From NCBI GenBank assembly GCA_963833125.1, contig CAWHWX010000007.1:26486-90485 (forward strand): a stretch of DNA of 64,000 bases, in the 5' to 3' direction. Under the pieces are notes generated by a model, which did no database searches, had not been told where the DNA came from, and was given only the letters and a program-made list of their open reading frames with translations. Made by a program: the position numbers and the translations under genes. Shown piece after piece: positions 10,632-21,119 of the stretch (its first letter is position 1; the number at the start of each line of letters is the position of its first letter). The stretch comes from Candidatus Bathyarchaeota archaeon (lineage in GTDB: Archaea; Thermoproteota; Bathyarchaeia; 40CM-2-53-6).

Positions 10632-12049
10632 ATGGTTCTTAGAATATACAACACCAGGACGAAAACAATCGAGGAATTCACGCCCCGAGCACGGAAATAG
10701 GGTCCATATGTTCGTGTGCGGTCCTACAGTCTATGATCACAGCCATATTGGTCACGCGCGCACCTATCTTGCTTACGACATAATTGCCCGATACCTTCGA
10801 GCGAAGGGATACAGTCTGTTTTACCTCATGAATGTCACAGACGTGGAGGACAAGATCATCACTCGAGCAAACGCTTCGGGGGTAGATCCGCTGAAGATGG
10901 CGGACGAGTTCGCCAAGGAATTCATGACAGATATGGAAGCACTCGGGATAACAAGCGTCAACCTATACGCGAAAGCATCTGAGCACATTCCTGAAATCAT
11001 TGCACAGATCTCAACCCTCATTGCGAAAGGCTTCGCATACGAAGCCCAAGGTGATGTCTACTACGACGTTTCCAAATTCCCTGACTATGGTAAACTATCG
11101 GGCCAGAAGGTTGAGCAACTCGTTATGCATAGAATCGACCCAGACCCCCGAAAGAGAAGCCCGGCCGACTTTGCGCTATGGAAGAGTGCGAAACCAGGCG
11201 AACCCTGGTGGGATAGTCCTTGGGGAAAGGGCAGACCAGGGTGGCACATCGAGGACACAGCGATAACTACCAACTACTTTGGACCAACATACGACATCCA
11301 CGGCGGCGGCCTCGACCTGATCTTTCCACATCACGAGGCAGAAATCGCTCAGGCTGAAGCAGCCACTGGCGTTTCTCCCCTAGTTCGATTCTGGGTACAT
11401 GGCGGACTCCTCACGATAAGCGGAGAACGCATGGGCCACTCACTGGGCAACTTCATCACCATTGAAGATACACTTCGAAAGCACGATGCCGAAGCTCTGC
11501 GCTTGTATTACGGAATGAGGCATTACCGCAGTCAACTCAGCTTCGATGAAGCTGACATCAAACAGGCAGAGGAAGTTCTTGACAAACTAAGGTCCGTTTA
11601 CAATCAGTTTAGGATGAAAGCTGAGTCGAATGAGGATGATGAACAAGGTGTCGCGGACTCTATCGAGAAGCTATCTACGAAAGCTATTGCTGAATTCAAT
11701 GACGCCATGGACGACGACTTCAATACACCCCGTGCTCTGGCCACGATGATCACTTACGCAAAGGACGTAGAGGCATATGCTGTTCGCAAAATTGGCCGGA
11801 AGCGTTGCTGAGCGGGTCTCCAAGACTCTAAGCTACTTCGGGAACATCTTCGGAATTCTCGTATCAACTCAAGTCAACCAAAACAACGTCATTGATGACC
11901 TGTTGAAAGTTATTCTGCAACTACGAGAGGACGCAAGAAAACGGGGCGACTGGGCCACTGCGGATCGGCTGAGAGAAGCAGTCACCAATTCGGGGATTGG
12001 GCTAGAGGACACTCCTGTCAGGGACGCGGTGGTACCTCGCGTCCGCTGA
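10632..12049 (+). CDS. cysS: Cysteine--tRNA ligase, class I (apparent frameshifts near 10685 and 11795)
   Basis: MVLRIYNT start, CGPTVYD, HIGH, DFALWK, GRPGWHIE, FPHHE, DDDFNTP and C-terminal R..AR...W..AD..R. Confidence 0.95.
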
Positions 12050-12059
12050 TCGGAAGAAA

Positions 12060-12560
12060 TCAAGCTGAAAGTTTGTAACCAATTTTCCTAAGGAAATCTT
12101 TCCTATCTCGCACGTCCTTTTCGGTTTCGACGCCCTTTGATGCGAAACCGTCGACGACCCCTAAGATTCCTCTACCCTGGCCCGTTTCGGCTAAGATGAC
12201 CTGGAAAGGATTCGCCGTGGCCAAGTAGATGTTACAAACCTCTGGGACAGACTTCACCTTGTCGAGGACGTTTATTGGAAATACGTTGCGCATGAATATT
12301 ATGAAACTGTGCCCCGCAGAGAGCTGGAGCGCAGTCTTCGACGCCAATTGCTTAAGGTCGGAGTCGTTCCCCTCTGATCGAATTAGGCAGGGTCCGCTCG
12401 ATTCACAGAAAGCGATTCCGAATTTCGCGTTTGGAACGGCGTTCACCATGGCCTCGTGAAGGTCTTCGACAGTTTTAATGAAATGGCTCTGCCCAAGGAT
12501 CACGTTGCAGCCGTCAGGAACTGTTACATCAACAATTATCGTGTTTAAGGGAGAAGCACC
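12060..12560 (-). CDS. Adenosine-specific kinase / AMP-binding DUF355 family protein
   Basis: [27 protein letters not shown] and [10 protein letters not shown]; start codon uncertain. Confidence 0.88.
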   Translation of the reverse strand, partial: GASPLNTIIVDVTVPDGCNVILGQSHFIKTVEDLHEAMVNAVPNAKFGIAFCESSGPCLIRSEGNDSDLKQLASKTALQLSAGHSFIIFMRNVFPINVLDKVKSVPEVCNIYLATANPFQVILAETGQGRGILGVVDGFASKGVETEKDVRDRKDFLRKIGYKLSA

Positions 12561-12568
12561 TGGATTCG

Positions 12569-13786
12569 TTAGAGCTCCAACTCCTTTTCAACCTTCGCGA
12601 GGACCTCCACTCCCTTAGATCTGACAGCTACGGTGTCCTCGATGCGAACGCCACCGTAGCCGGGAAAATAGACACCTGGCTCGACAGTGACGACCTCTCC
12701 ACTCTTCAGGGGATCCTTGACCGCTAGGCTCAGGTAGGGACTCTCCCCGATCGTAAGCCCAACCCCGTGTCCCAGTGAATGAATGAAGCCGGTCGATAGG
12801 CTCTTCGCCTTACCTTGAAAAATCTCCCTCACTGTTCGGTACCCTGCCCGTTCTATGACGTCGCAAGAAATCTCCATTGCAGCCTCACCCGTTACGCCAG
12901 CGCTCAAGCAGTCAAGCGCGGCCATTTGCGCGCCTTTGACGGCTTCGAACATTTTCCTTGCCCTCGCATCCGCCCTCCCCACAACAAAAGTCCGAGTCAT
13001 GTCGAACCAATACCCACTATTAGCTTGAGGGAAGATGTCAAAGACAATCAGCTTACCCTTCCTGATTTCAGCGGTGTCAACGCCCGCGTTGTGGGGATCT
13101 GCCCCCGATGGGCCAATCGCGAATATCGTGCCCTCCGGCGCAATTAGCTTTTCACGAGCCAACTTCGATGCGACCATGAATTTGACCAATCCGACGGTAG
13201 CCCGTTTCCTATCGATTTGCAAGTGGCCCCGTTTCTCCTTGGCATTCCGAAGCGATTGGAGCACTTCTTCGACTACTTTCGCAGTTTTGCCTCCAACCCT
13301 TCTTATTTCTTCAAGCTCTTTGCGATCTTTCCTGTCTCGTGCGCTCTCGAGTATTGTAGGAGATTGTTGTCCGGTGACCTTCACGCCTAGTCTTTTCAGC
13401 TTCTCAGCTAATCGTAAACCGCTGGCTAAGTCGTTCCTGCCGAAGAGAACTACCTTTCCACGTACTCCTTCCGCTCTCAGTATTTGCAAGATGAGATGTG
13501 GGAAGGCACCGCCTCTATTCTCGAATTGTCTAAGTAGCTTTTCGTATCGCCACTGTGTCAGAGTTTGGATTCTCTTGACTTTACCTGCTCTCTTGGCTGA
13601 CCCGTAATCCAAATTGCTGACAATGAGCAGGGGTGGTCTGCCGAGTTTCTTGAAATAAGTGCCACCTCGGGGAAGTACTCCTCCCACGACGTAGGTAAGA
13701 TCGGGGTCTGCCAGAGTGGTATTTCCGCTCACGACAATCCCATCGATTCCTTTCGACCGCATCTCTGCATCTATATCGTCAATCAT
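12569..13786 (-). CDS. Xaa-Pro aminopeptidase family (M24) peptidase
   Basis: [25 protein letters not shown] and VRIED metal ligands. Confidence 0.93.
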   Translation of the reverse strand: MIDDIDAEMRSKGIDGIVVSGNTTLADPDLTYVVGGVLPRGGTYFKKLGRPPLLIVSNLDYGSAKRAGKVKRIQTLTQWRYEKLLRQFENRGGAFPHLILQILRAEGVRGKVVLFGRNDLASGLRLAEKLKRLGVKVTGQQSPTILESARDRKDRKELEEIRRVGGKTAKVVEEVLQSLRNAKEKRGHLQIDRKRATVGLVKFMVASKLAREKLIAPEGTIFAIGPSGADPHNAGVDTAEIRKGKLIVFDIFPQANSGYWFDMTRTFVVGRADARARKMFEAVKGAQMAALDCLSAGVTGEAAMEISCDVIERAGYRTVREIFQGKAKSLSTGFIHSLGHGVGLTIGESPYLSLAVKDPLKSGEVVTVEPGVYFPGYGGVRIEDTVAVRSKGVEVLAKVEKELEL

Positions 13787-13797
13787 CCGAAATCACA

Positions 13798-14112
13798 TCA
13801 ATTCCTCGAACCGATTGCGCGAGCCCGTTTAGTTTTGTTATCAATTTCTAGCCCTAGCACGGATCTTGAAACGTTGAAAGCAGTTCCCAACAATCTAAGG
13901 TATGAGGTCGTTATTGCCCGTAACGCTGCAGTATCTCTCGCCTCGAATTGGAGTTTGAGCATTCTTCCTCTCTTGATAATTCTTGCGTTGGCTTTCTCGC
14001 CTACCGGGTACAAAATCTCAGGGCGTAGTGCTTCGGCGATTGCTTCCATTTGTTGGCGCGACTTGAACCGTGCGCTGATTCTGGCTTCAGCGCTGCGCTT
14101 GGGTTGTCTCAT
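13798..14112 (-). CDS. pcc1: KEOPS complex Pcc1-family subunit (paralog A)
   Basis: AL.PE and LQFEARDTAALRAITTSYLR; exosome superoperon position. Confidence 0.85.
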   Translation of the reverse strand: MRQPKRSAEARISARFKSRQQMEAIAEALRPEILYPVGEKANARIIKRGRMLKLQFEARDTAALRAITTSYLRLLGTAFNVSRSVLGLEIDNKTKRARAIGSRN

Positions 14113-14201
14113 TTTCTCCGTCTTTACGTTCTCTTGCTGACTTGACGCGTTACTCGGATTTCTCTTCAGTAGTCTTATCGGGTTCTTTTTCTTCTTTCGC
14201 T

Positions 14202-14549
14202 TTACGACGCCTTCGCTTTCGTTTTGGCTTTGGCTTCGGCTTCCATCTGTCGTGCTCTTTCAGCTTTAAGCTCGGCCACTGCACTGCTGGCGACGCCAGC
14301 ACGGGCAGCCCTTTCAGCTACTTGACCAAGCTTTGTCGCGGGCGAATAGGCACCCCCTGCGAATTTGAACCCGCAGCTACCGCAGAGCCATATCCCAACA
14401 GATTGGCGTTTGACGGTGCTGATGTGGCATTGAGGGCATTCATGAGGTGCTTTCATCTCAGTCATGATTGTGGAGTATCTTTTCCGTGCCATGGTTCCGT
14501 AGCGGGCCCCGAAGCTCCCAGATGGGCCTACTTTGTACGTTCTTCCCAC
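14202..14549 (-). CDS. rpl37ae: 50S ribosomal protein L37Ae with a charged C-terminal extension (possibly continuing to about 14150 across an indel)
   Basis: FGARYG, CPQC, GIWLCGSC and FAGGAY. Confidence 0.96.
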   Translation of the reverse strand: MGRTYKVGPSGSFGARYGTMARKRYSTIMTEMKAPHECPQCHISTVKRQSVGIWLCGSCGFKFAGGAYSPATKLGQVAERAARAGVASSAVAELKAERARQMEAEAKAKTKAKAS

Positions 14550-14550
14550 G

Positions 14551-15368
14551 TTAGTTCACTTTCGACAGAATTTTCTCTCGAAGTTCCTTCGATTTCTTTA
14601 CTGAGGACGATACAATCTGCTTAATTTCTTCAGGAGTGAAGACACCTAATCCTCCTTTCTGCATAGCGCAAACATTGTCATCCTTGTCCGTCGTGACGGT
14701 AAGGCGGCAACTCATCACTTGCTCTTCCTCGAGGCATGGGTCAACGACGACAGAACCGTCCAGTTTCACAGACGTGATTGGGACAGGGTAGTTCTGCATT
14801 GGGAGAGGGATTTTCGTGTCTTTATACTTGATCTCGCCACCTTTCACCTCAAACGCTTGCATTTTCGCGCTTATCAGTGCCCCCAGCGCCGCCATCCCTG
14901 CAGCATCGATCAAGTTTCCATCATGGTCAAGAACGTAGACGTCCACGAAAATCACGAGAACCTTCTTTCCTGGGTCAATGCACATCTTGGCAACGTCTAT
15001 GGCTTTCGATTCACGTATTCCGCGGTCAACGACTCTCGCAAGCTCGATGGAATTCTCGCCGGGCGGGCCTGCTTCAAATGTAGGGTACGCAAGTGGAACG
15101 AATTCCGCGTGTTGACGGTGAGTATCCCCTCGTTCGGAGTGTCTGGAAAAGGAGTGCCAACTTGGACCTTCACCCCTGCAAGAACTTTAGTCTTGCCGAG
15201 GTAGACTTGAGCAGAACCATTGGCTTTCTCGATAGTGCCAAGCATGATTGTGAGAGGCCGGTAATCCATCAGGCCTCGATCATCAATCCGCTTTCCCTTC
15301 AGAATCAGGTCACGCACAGTTTTCTGCTCGAGCTTGGCCAGTGGCGAAGGTTGGTGTGTTGCGGACAT
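14551..15368 (-). CDS. rrp42: Exosome subunit Rrp42 (apparent 2-nt insertion near 15110)
   Basis: GKRIDDR, KANGSA, PFPDTPNEG, LDHDGNLIDA and CAMQKGG. Confidence 0.95.
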
Positions 15369-16135
15369 TATGCTTTAACCTCCGCGATCTCCTCGGTCTC
15401 AGATTCTTCTCGTTCGATGTGGTACTTCTTCCGAAGGGCGTTGCGTTGCATTTCGTATATCGTCTTGCAAGCATTAATTGCCATTTCTAGGGCCTGCTTT
15501 AGTTCTTCCTCAGTCATCGATCCATCCATTTGGAGTAGGCCAATTGAGTTTGACTTTGGCATGTACGCTACGGGCAGGTCAGCGTCTCCTTTCTTGTCTT
15601 CGATATCGGAGAGGTCGAGGACTACCTTGCCATCTATCTTACCTGCTGCGCAACCAGCAACTAGCTCTCGCAACGGAATTCCGGCATCGGCCAAAGCCAA
15701 TGAGGCGGCAGTGATCCCAGCACATCTGGTTCCTGCGTCCGCTTGCAGGACCTCAATAATGATATCGATGGTTGATCGGGGGAAATATTCCGACATTATC
15801 GAAGGCTCTAGCGACTCTCTGATGACTTTGGAGAGTTCTAGTTCGCGCCTTGATGGGGCGGGTGACTTTCTTTCGTCAGTCGAGAACGGTGCCATGTGAT
15901 ATCGGCACTTCACAACGGCCCTGTCGGCGAGCGCGATATGCTTCGGGTGTGCCTCACGGGGGCCGAATACTGCCGCTAGAATCTTGTTCCTTCCATGTTC
16001 GATGTAGGCTGATCCATCCGCCTTATCGAGTAATCCAACTTCTAATTTGATTGGCCGTAGCTCATCAAGCCGTCGGCCGTCCACGCGGAGTCCGTTTTGA
16101 TTAATTAGCTGAACTTGTTGTTCTTTATTGCCCAA
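15368..16135 (-). CDS. rrp41: Exosome subunit Rrp41
   Basis: RVDGRR..ELRP, YHMAPFS, QADAGTRCA and QMDG. Confidence 0.97.
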   Translation of the reverse strand: MGNKEQQVQLINQNGLRVDGRRLDELRPIKLEVGLLDKADGSAYIEHGRNKILAAVFGPREAHPKHIALADRAVVKCRYHMAPFSTDERKSPAPSRRELELSKVIRESLEPSIMSEYFPRSTIDIIIEVLQADAGTRCAGITAASLALADAGIPLRELVAGCAAGKIDGKVVLDLSDIEDKKGDADLPVAYMPKSNSIGLLQMDGSMTEEELKQALEMAINACKTIYEMQRNALRKKYHIEREESETEEIAEVKA

Positions 16136-16833
16136 CGGTTATTCCCTTCATTCGTTCCAGTATCATTGCTTTCACGCGTTCTGTCAAACCCGTCGTGTGT
16201 GCTTCACGTTCGATCATGTAAATAGCTTCTACAGCTATCAGTTCCTGGTCAGGGTTTCTTCCAGTAACCAAGATAACGCCGTTTTGGCCGGGTATGATAT
16301 CGGCTCCAGTCTCCTTCTTCAACATTGTTATCATCGATCCTTTCTTCCCAATGACTCTCGGTATCTTCGTATTGTTGATGCGCGCCACGCGACCTGAAGG
16401 TACCTTGCCTAGCCCTCTCCCCTTCGTTGTCAAGAGCGGATCACGGGTCCTGTCGAACGCAATCACCTGCGCAATCATAAGATCTCCAACTCCATAGATA
16501 CTACGTAGATCTCGACGCACTGAATCGCGCCTCGCGACTCATGGGAGTTTCAGAGGCAGGCAGCATTGCGGGATAGGGCGCGTAGATATCCACTTGCCAC
16601 CCCGACATTCCAATGTCGGTGACTCGACCTAGAACTATGTCATCTATGCGAGGAATGTAAGCGCCTTTAACGGGCATTACTACGAGCTTGTTCCCAATAA
16701 CCTCAGCCATACCCACACGTGAAGCGAAGATCTTAGACCCTTCACGATACGTGTTCTCGCCCGCAAAGTATGGGCCCTCTGCCAGAACATCCCCCGGGCC
16801 GACTAACTGCTTTCTCTCTGCTATGACCGTCAA
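16125..16833 (-). CDS. rrp4: Exosome RNA-binding subunit Rrp4 (apparent frameshift near 16520)
   Basis: VGPGD, YIP..DD.V.G (S1), IPRVIGKKGSM (KH) and EAHTTGLT. Confidence 0.95.
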
Positions 16834-16981
16834 CCATTCCAACTCAATCTTATGAACGAATTCGAGCAAAACAAGGAAACTGCTAGATATACATTGAGTT
16901 TTCAGTACAAGCGCTCGCACACCCCGCCAGTCCGATCCGGGGTTAGAAGGCGAATTTCGGGCCAAATTTGATTGAATCTGC

Positions 16982-17347
16982 CTATTGCTTCCGTCGTTTC
17001 CAAATTAGCACAGCTACAACAACTGCAGCTACAACCAGAATAAGCGACCCAATCACAAGCAACATTGTCGCCGGTTTGGAGGCTGGAGGAGACGAGATTG
17101 GAGGCAACGGCATGTAAATTGATGAGCTAGCCAGAGAAGTGCTAGTTGCAGTCGTGGCACTAAAAGTGCCGTTAGACCCGAAGAGATATGCTAGGAGGAT
17201 TAGAAGACAAACGCCGGCCGCGATTATTACCCATCTTCGAAGACGCTCGCCTCGCAAGCTTAGCAACGGCTTCCTACTCACTTCGGAAACTCCTATGGCC
17301 AACCGACCAAAGTGGGGCAGAGTTGATTGTGCGACATGCGAGCGCAA
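16982..17347 (-). CDS. Small two-TM membrane protein with S/T/P linker and basic C-terminus
   Basis: Two hydrophobic segments and a KRRKQ end; start uncertain. Confidence 0.55.
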   Translation of the reverse strand: MRSHVAQSTLPHFGRLAIGVSEVSRKPLLSLRGERLRRWVIIAAGVCLLILLAYLFGSNGTFSATTATSTSLASSSIYMPLPPISSPPASKPATMLLVIGSLILVVAAVVVAVLIWKRRKQ

Positions 17348-17392
17348 ACCAGTCCCAACGGGGTCAGGTACGAAGCGTTTCGGTGGGACTGC

Positions 17393-18082
17393 CTATTTTA
17401 GTATCTTTGTTTGAATTGTACCCTGAGTAATCTTTCCAAGCCTTTCGACGAACGGCCCGTAAAGTCCCGCAGGCATCTCGACCACGGCAACCAGTGCTCC
17501 ATCGGCCTGCCATTCCTCCCTGCTAATCGTTCCATAGCCCTTCACAGCACCGTACCCTTTCGGCGCAAACTCTGCCAGTATCTTTATCGCCACACGCATT
17601 TGTTCCATTTTTATCGGTATAAGGGCCCTGAGTTCGTCTATCACATCCTTCGACTGCTCGTCGGCATTTTTGAAAGGGTCAATGGAATACTTGATCTGAT
17701 TCATTGCCTGTTCGATGCGCATAGGTGGGTGTGGCGTTCCGGTTCTCGGGTCGATGCAGTTTCTGGCGATAAAAGCAACGATCTGCTTGCGCTTGTCTTC
17801 TACTAGTTGACGCCTCTGGTCGGTGGTAAGTTGTAGTTCGCCATGTTTCATTATCTCTTCGGCTATCGCTACTGGGTCTTCGGTGCCGAAGGCTTTTTGG
17901 AGCTTTTCAGCAGACGCGTGAGTCCCTTTCCCCGCGTCGGTGTAAACTTCGTCTATGACTAAGATCTGCGATATGCCTAGTTGCTTGCCCATCTTGAATT
18001 CTAAGGCAGGGTCTGGTTTAACCAGGATTTCGAATTTTTCGCCGCTTTTTGAGATTCGCGCCGTGGTGAATTTTTCACTCAT
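17393..18082 (-). CDS. Ribosome maturation factor SBDS/Sdo1
   Basis: GEKFEILV, GELQLT..QRR, IDPRTGTPHPP.RI and EEWQ.DG. Confidence 0.96.
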   Translation of the reverse strand: MSEKFTTARISKSGEKFEILVKPDPALEFKMGKQLGISQILVIDEVYTDAGKGTHASAEKLQKAFGTEDPVAIAEEIMKHGELQLTTDQRRQLVEDKRKQIVAFIARNCIDPRTGTPHPPMRIEQAMNQIKYSIDPFKNADEQSKDVIDELRALIPIKMEQMRVAIKILAEFAPKGYGAVKGYGTISREEWQADGALVAVVEMPAGLYGPFVERLGKITQGTIQTKILK

Positions 18083-18825
18083 CGGCTAGCGGCCTTTTTC
18101 GTCGAATCAAGCCGTTTGATATATTTGTCCACATCTTCCTGGGAGACTTTGCTGAACTTCTTAGTAGCGGCGGATACAGTTGCAATTCTGATCTTCTGCG
18201 CATCTAACTTGTCTTCCAACACCTTGCTCATGCATTTCAAAGAAAGCAGTACAGCATCGTCAAGCGTCATAGTATCTTTGTAGTCTGCTTCCAGTATTTC
18301 GTTCGCAGCATCGCCCCCTGCACCGATCGCCCAAGCTTTGTAGGCGAGAAAGGCACCGCTGGGGTCCGTCCAAAACAATCTGCTACCTTTCCGATCCAAA
18401 CCGCCAAACAGCATCGATATTCCGAAAGGACGTACGCCGGCATGCTGAGTGTAAAGTTGCTTAATCTCTCCAATTCTTCTCGTTAGAATTTCCACGTCAA
18501 TGGGTTCGTCGTAAAGGAGTCGGTTCGATTGAGCGTAAACGCACGCTTGGTCGACTAGGATGTGAGCGTCGCAGCTCAATCCGGCGACGGCAGCGCCAAC
18601 GTGCTCATCAATTTGAAATATCTTCCACATGAATGTGGGATCTTGAAGTTTAGAGGTGGCACGCTCCTCAGCGGCCAGGACAACGCCGTCCGGGCATGCG
18701 ATGCCGAGCACAGTAGCTCCTCTCTTCACAGTCTCGGAGGCGTACTCAACTTGGAATAGGCGCCCGTCGGGCGAGAAAACTGTGATCGCACGGTCGTAAG
18801 CACCAGGAACTGCGAACATTGACAA
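18079..18825 (-). CDS. psmA: Proteasome alpha subunit
   Basis: YDRAITVFSPDGRLFQVEYA, RPFG and DPSG. Confidence 0.98.
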   Translation of the reverse strand: MSMFAVPGAYDRAITVFSPDGRLFQVEYASETVKRGATVLGIACPDGVVLAAEERATSKLQDPTFMWKIFQIDEHVGAAVAGLSCDAHILVDQACVYAQSNRLLYDEPIDVEILTRRIGEIKQLYTQHAGVRPFGISMLFGGLDRKGSRLFWTDPSGAFLAYKAWAIGAGGDAANEILEADYKDTMTLDDAVLLSLKCMSKVLEDKLDAQKIRIATVSAATKKFSKVSQEDVDKYIKRLDSTKKAASR

Positions 18826-18981
18826 TTCAAATTCACCTGTAACGAAATTCAGCCACTTGAGTAGGATTCCCTAATTAAACCCTTTACTCCGGGAAATATT
18901 GTGACCAGATCCACAATCACCAAGTCACGACAAACGTGCTAACCTCATATCGCCTGCAAATAATCTCGAACATGTAGTTGT

Positions 18982-19053
18982 GGGGTCAGCCCGTCGCTGA
19001 GGTCGTCATATCTTCAGCAAAGAGATCTGACTGGGACTGGCTTCTTCATCCCC
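18982..19053 (-). ncRNA. Box C/D guide sRNA
   Basis: Minus strand: GGGG-AUGAAGA(C)-AGCCAGUCCCAGU-CAGA(D')-spacer-AUGACGA(C')-CCUCAGCGACGGG-CUGA(D)-CCCC; terminal stem and two 13-nt guides. Confidence 0.8.
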
Positions 19054-19085
19054 TCAATCACAGCACAGCCGCTTCATGAAAAACG

Positions 19086-19394
19086 TTACCTAACCTTTCG
19101 TTTTCGTAATCCCTTGATAGTTCCAGAGACGGCTATCACCAAGACAGCCATAGTGATCCCACCGCTGTCAGTCATGAGTGCTAAAGCAGATTCAAGTTCC
19201 TTGATTGCGCTTCTTTCACAGGAAACGATGCTGGTCGAAGCGCTTTGATTGAACCTTATGATCTTGGGATCAATACGAGCGAAGCCGATCTCCCCAAAAT
19301 GCGTACGAACAGACGAGTTCAATGCGTCACGGAACTCCTGGTCAGTAAGCTCCCTGCTGTAAACGATTTTTGTGAGTACGTAGCGTCGAGTCAT
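19086..19394 (-). CDS. rnp2: RNase P protein Pop5/Rpp14
   Basis: RRYV, FGEIG and VSGTIKGL; synteny. Confidence 0.9.
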   Translation of the reverse strand: MTRRYVLTKIVYSRELTDQEFRDALNSSVRTHFGEIGFARIDPKIIRFNQSASTSIVSCERSAIKELESALALMTDSGGITMAVLVIAVSGTIKGLRKRKVR

Positions 19395-19400
19395 CGTAAT

Positions 19401-20117
19401 TCAGCGCGCCGATGAAACGATTATTCTCACGCCTTCTTCCACGTACTCGGGTTTTCGTTTCTTAACATTCTCAGCTATGATGGATGACGGCGTAGATGAT
19501 ATGCCGGCAGTCGAGGCTGTCTCTGAGAGGCCAAGCACTGAAGCGATTGCGCTTAATTGAAGCGGGGCCCTCACCATTTCAGCAGTTCTCGCTCCGCTCG
19601 ATAATACGACGTCCACGTTATGTTCCTGGGCGACCGCGATAGTCTTCCGCAATTTAGGGAGAATTCCACCGTCGGTTTGCGTGAGTAGGCTGGTGATTAA
19701 ATTGATCTCCAGGGCGCCGTGCAGTAGACGTGCGAGGGAGTGACTGAAGCGGACATTGCGCGTAAGGGGATCAAAGAACACAACATCAACCCTTCGGTCT
19801 CTTGATGCAACCGTTGCAACACGGGCATTGGCACATTTTACGCCGACTATGTCGTAGGCGTTTCTGAATCTGCGTAGCGATCGAAGTAGCTCGGTTCTTG
19901 AGGGTGAACCTAAGTCTATCCGCATCGCAGTGGCAATTCCTTGATCTTCGAAGGTTTGCCGGATGGAATTGACACGGTCAGGTAGAAGACCAGTCGGGAT
20001 TGTGAGTCCAACAGTAGAGTAGCCAGCCGTCCTCAGGATGTGAGCCATCTGCGTGCACGCGTTTGCGTCATCAACTTTGGGAAAGATATGGAGGTCTACA
20101 AACTTCGACAGTTTCAT
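19401..20117 (-). CDS. rnp3: RNase P protein Rpp30
   Basis: DLH, RVD, LEIN and SSGA...RAP; synteny. Confidence 0.9.
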   Translation of the reverse strand: MKLSKFVDLHIFPKVDDANACTQMAHILRTAGYSTVGLTIPTGLLPDRVNSIRQTFEDQGIATAMRIDLGSPSRTELLRSLRRFRNAYDIVGVKCANARVATVASRDRRVDVVFFDPLTRNVRFSHSLARLLHGALEINLITSLLTQTDGGILPKLRKTIAVAQEHNVDVVLSSGARTAEMVRAPLQLSAIASVLGLSETASTAGISSTPSSIIAENVKKRKPEYVEEGVRIIVSSAR

Positions 20118-20560
20118 TCCGACTCCAAATATTTTGCCATCAGATCGGTGGGTTGATCAGTGAACCTCGTAAATTTCAATCGCACTCTGATCGGGTCCTC
20201 TTCTCCTAGTTGGATGATTCCGAGAAAAGTTCGTTGCTTGTCTATGCGAATGTAAAGATTCCCGTCATCGTCAGAATACAGGCTTAGGTCTCGCCGAATT
20301 GCGAGTTTGTCCCTGGTCGTGAGTTGGCTTAAGAAGAATGTTGTGAACTCCTCAACTTCCGACGGCTTCGTAAGGCGAGCTTCAAAAGTGACGATGGGAT
20401 TCCCATAGTGACCCAACATGTACTTTCGCGTAAACTGCTGCCGGCCTTTCAACCCATCTGGGATCAGGCGCGTCAAGGCTGCCTGAACTTTATCCAAGTC
20501 GTCCGTCGCATGTGCGATGGTGCTGATCTCAACAGTTTGAATAGTCTGCCCCGACTTCAA
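20114..20560 (-). CDS. Exosome-associated RNA-binding protein (DUF54 family)
   Basis: HATDD..KV..AL, GHYGNPI and LYIRIDKQ. Confidence 0.9.
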   Translation of the reverse strand: MKSGQTIQTVEISTIAHATDDLDKVQAALTRLIPDGLKGRQQFTRKYMLGHYGNPIVTFEARLTKPSEVEEFTTFFLSQLTTRDKLAIRRDLSLYSDDDGNLYIRIDKQRTFLGIIQLGEEDPIRVRLKFTRFTDQPTDLMAKYLESE

Positions 20561-20619
20561 TAATACTCACACGACCATCTGTTCGCTTATTTGGGACGGG
20601 GAGAAGATAAAGCCGAGGA

Positions 20620-20989
20620 TTGAACCACGAGCGGATTCAGGTACAAGCTAGCAGTTGCTGTTAGGCGCGATCTAGACATGGGCAAAGGGAAGATCGCGGT
20701 CCAAGTAAGCCACGCGTCGGTCACCGCGGCCGAGGAAACTAGGAAGCGACGTCCGGAATGGTGGAAGCAATGGTACGAAGAGGGGCAACGTAAGATAGTG
20801 GTCAAAGTGAATTCCGAGAGCGATCTCGACCATCTAAGACGTGACGCCGAGGAGTTAGGATTGGTAGCGACAATTATTCACGACAGCGGCCTAACCCAAG
20901 TAGATCCGGGGACGCCGACCTGCGTTGGCATTGGTCCGGCACCTGCAGAACTCGTCGACAAAATCACCGGTGAACTACCTTTACTGTGA
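20620..20989 (+). CDS. pth2: Peptidyl-tRNA hydrolase Pth2
   Basis: YKL...VRRDL.MGKGKIAVQVSHA, QRKIVVKV, DSGLTQ, GIGP and TGELPLL; start uncertain. Confidence 0.95.
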
Positions 20990-21119
20990 AACTTATGGGG
21001 GTAGATCAGCAAAGAATGGTTGTCCAGCTTATGGACAGATGTTCGCAACTCTGAAGTTCAAAGAGAAACTCGTGGACGCCACGATGGCGACTCTATCTCT
21101 TGAACTCGGTCTAGAACGC

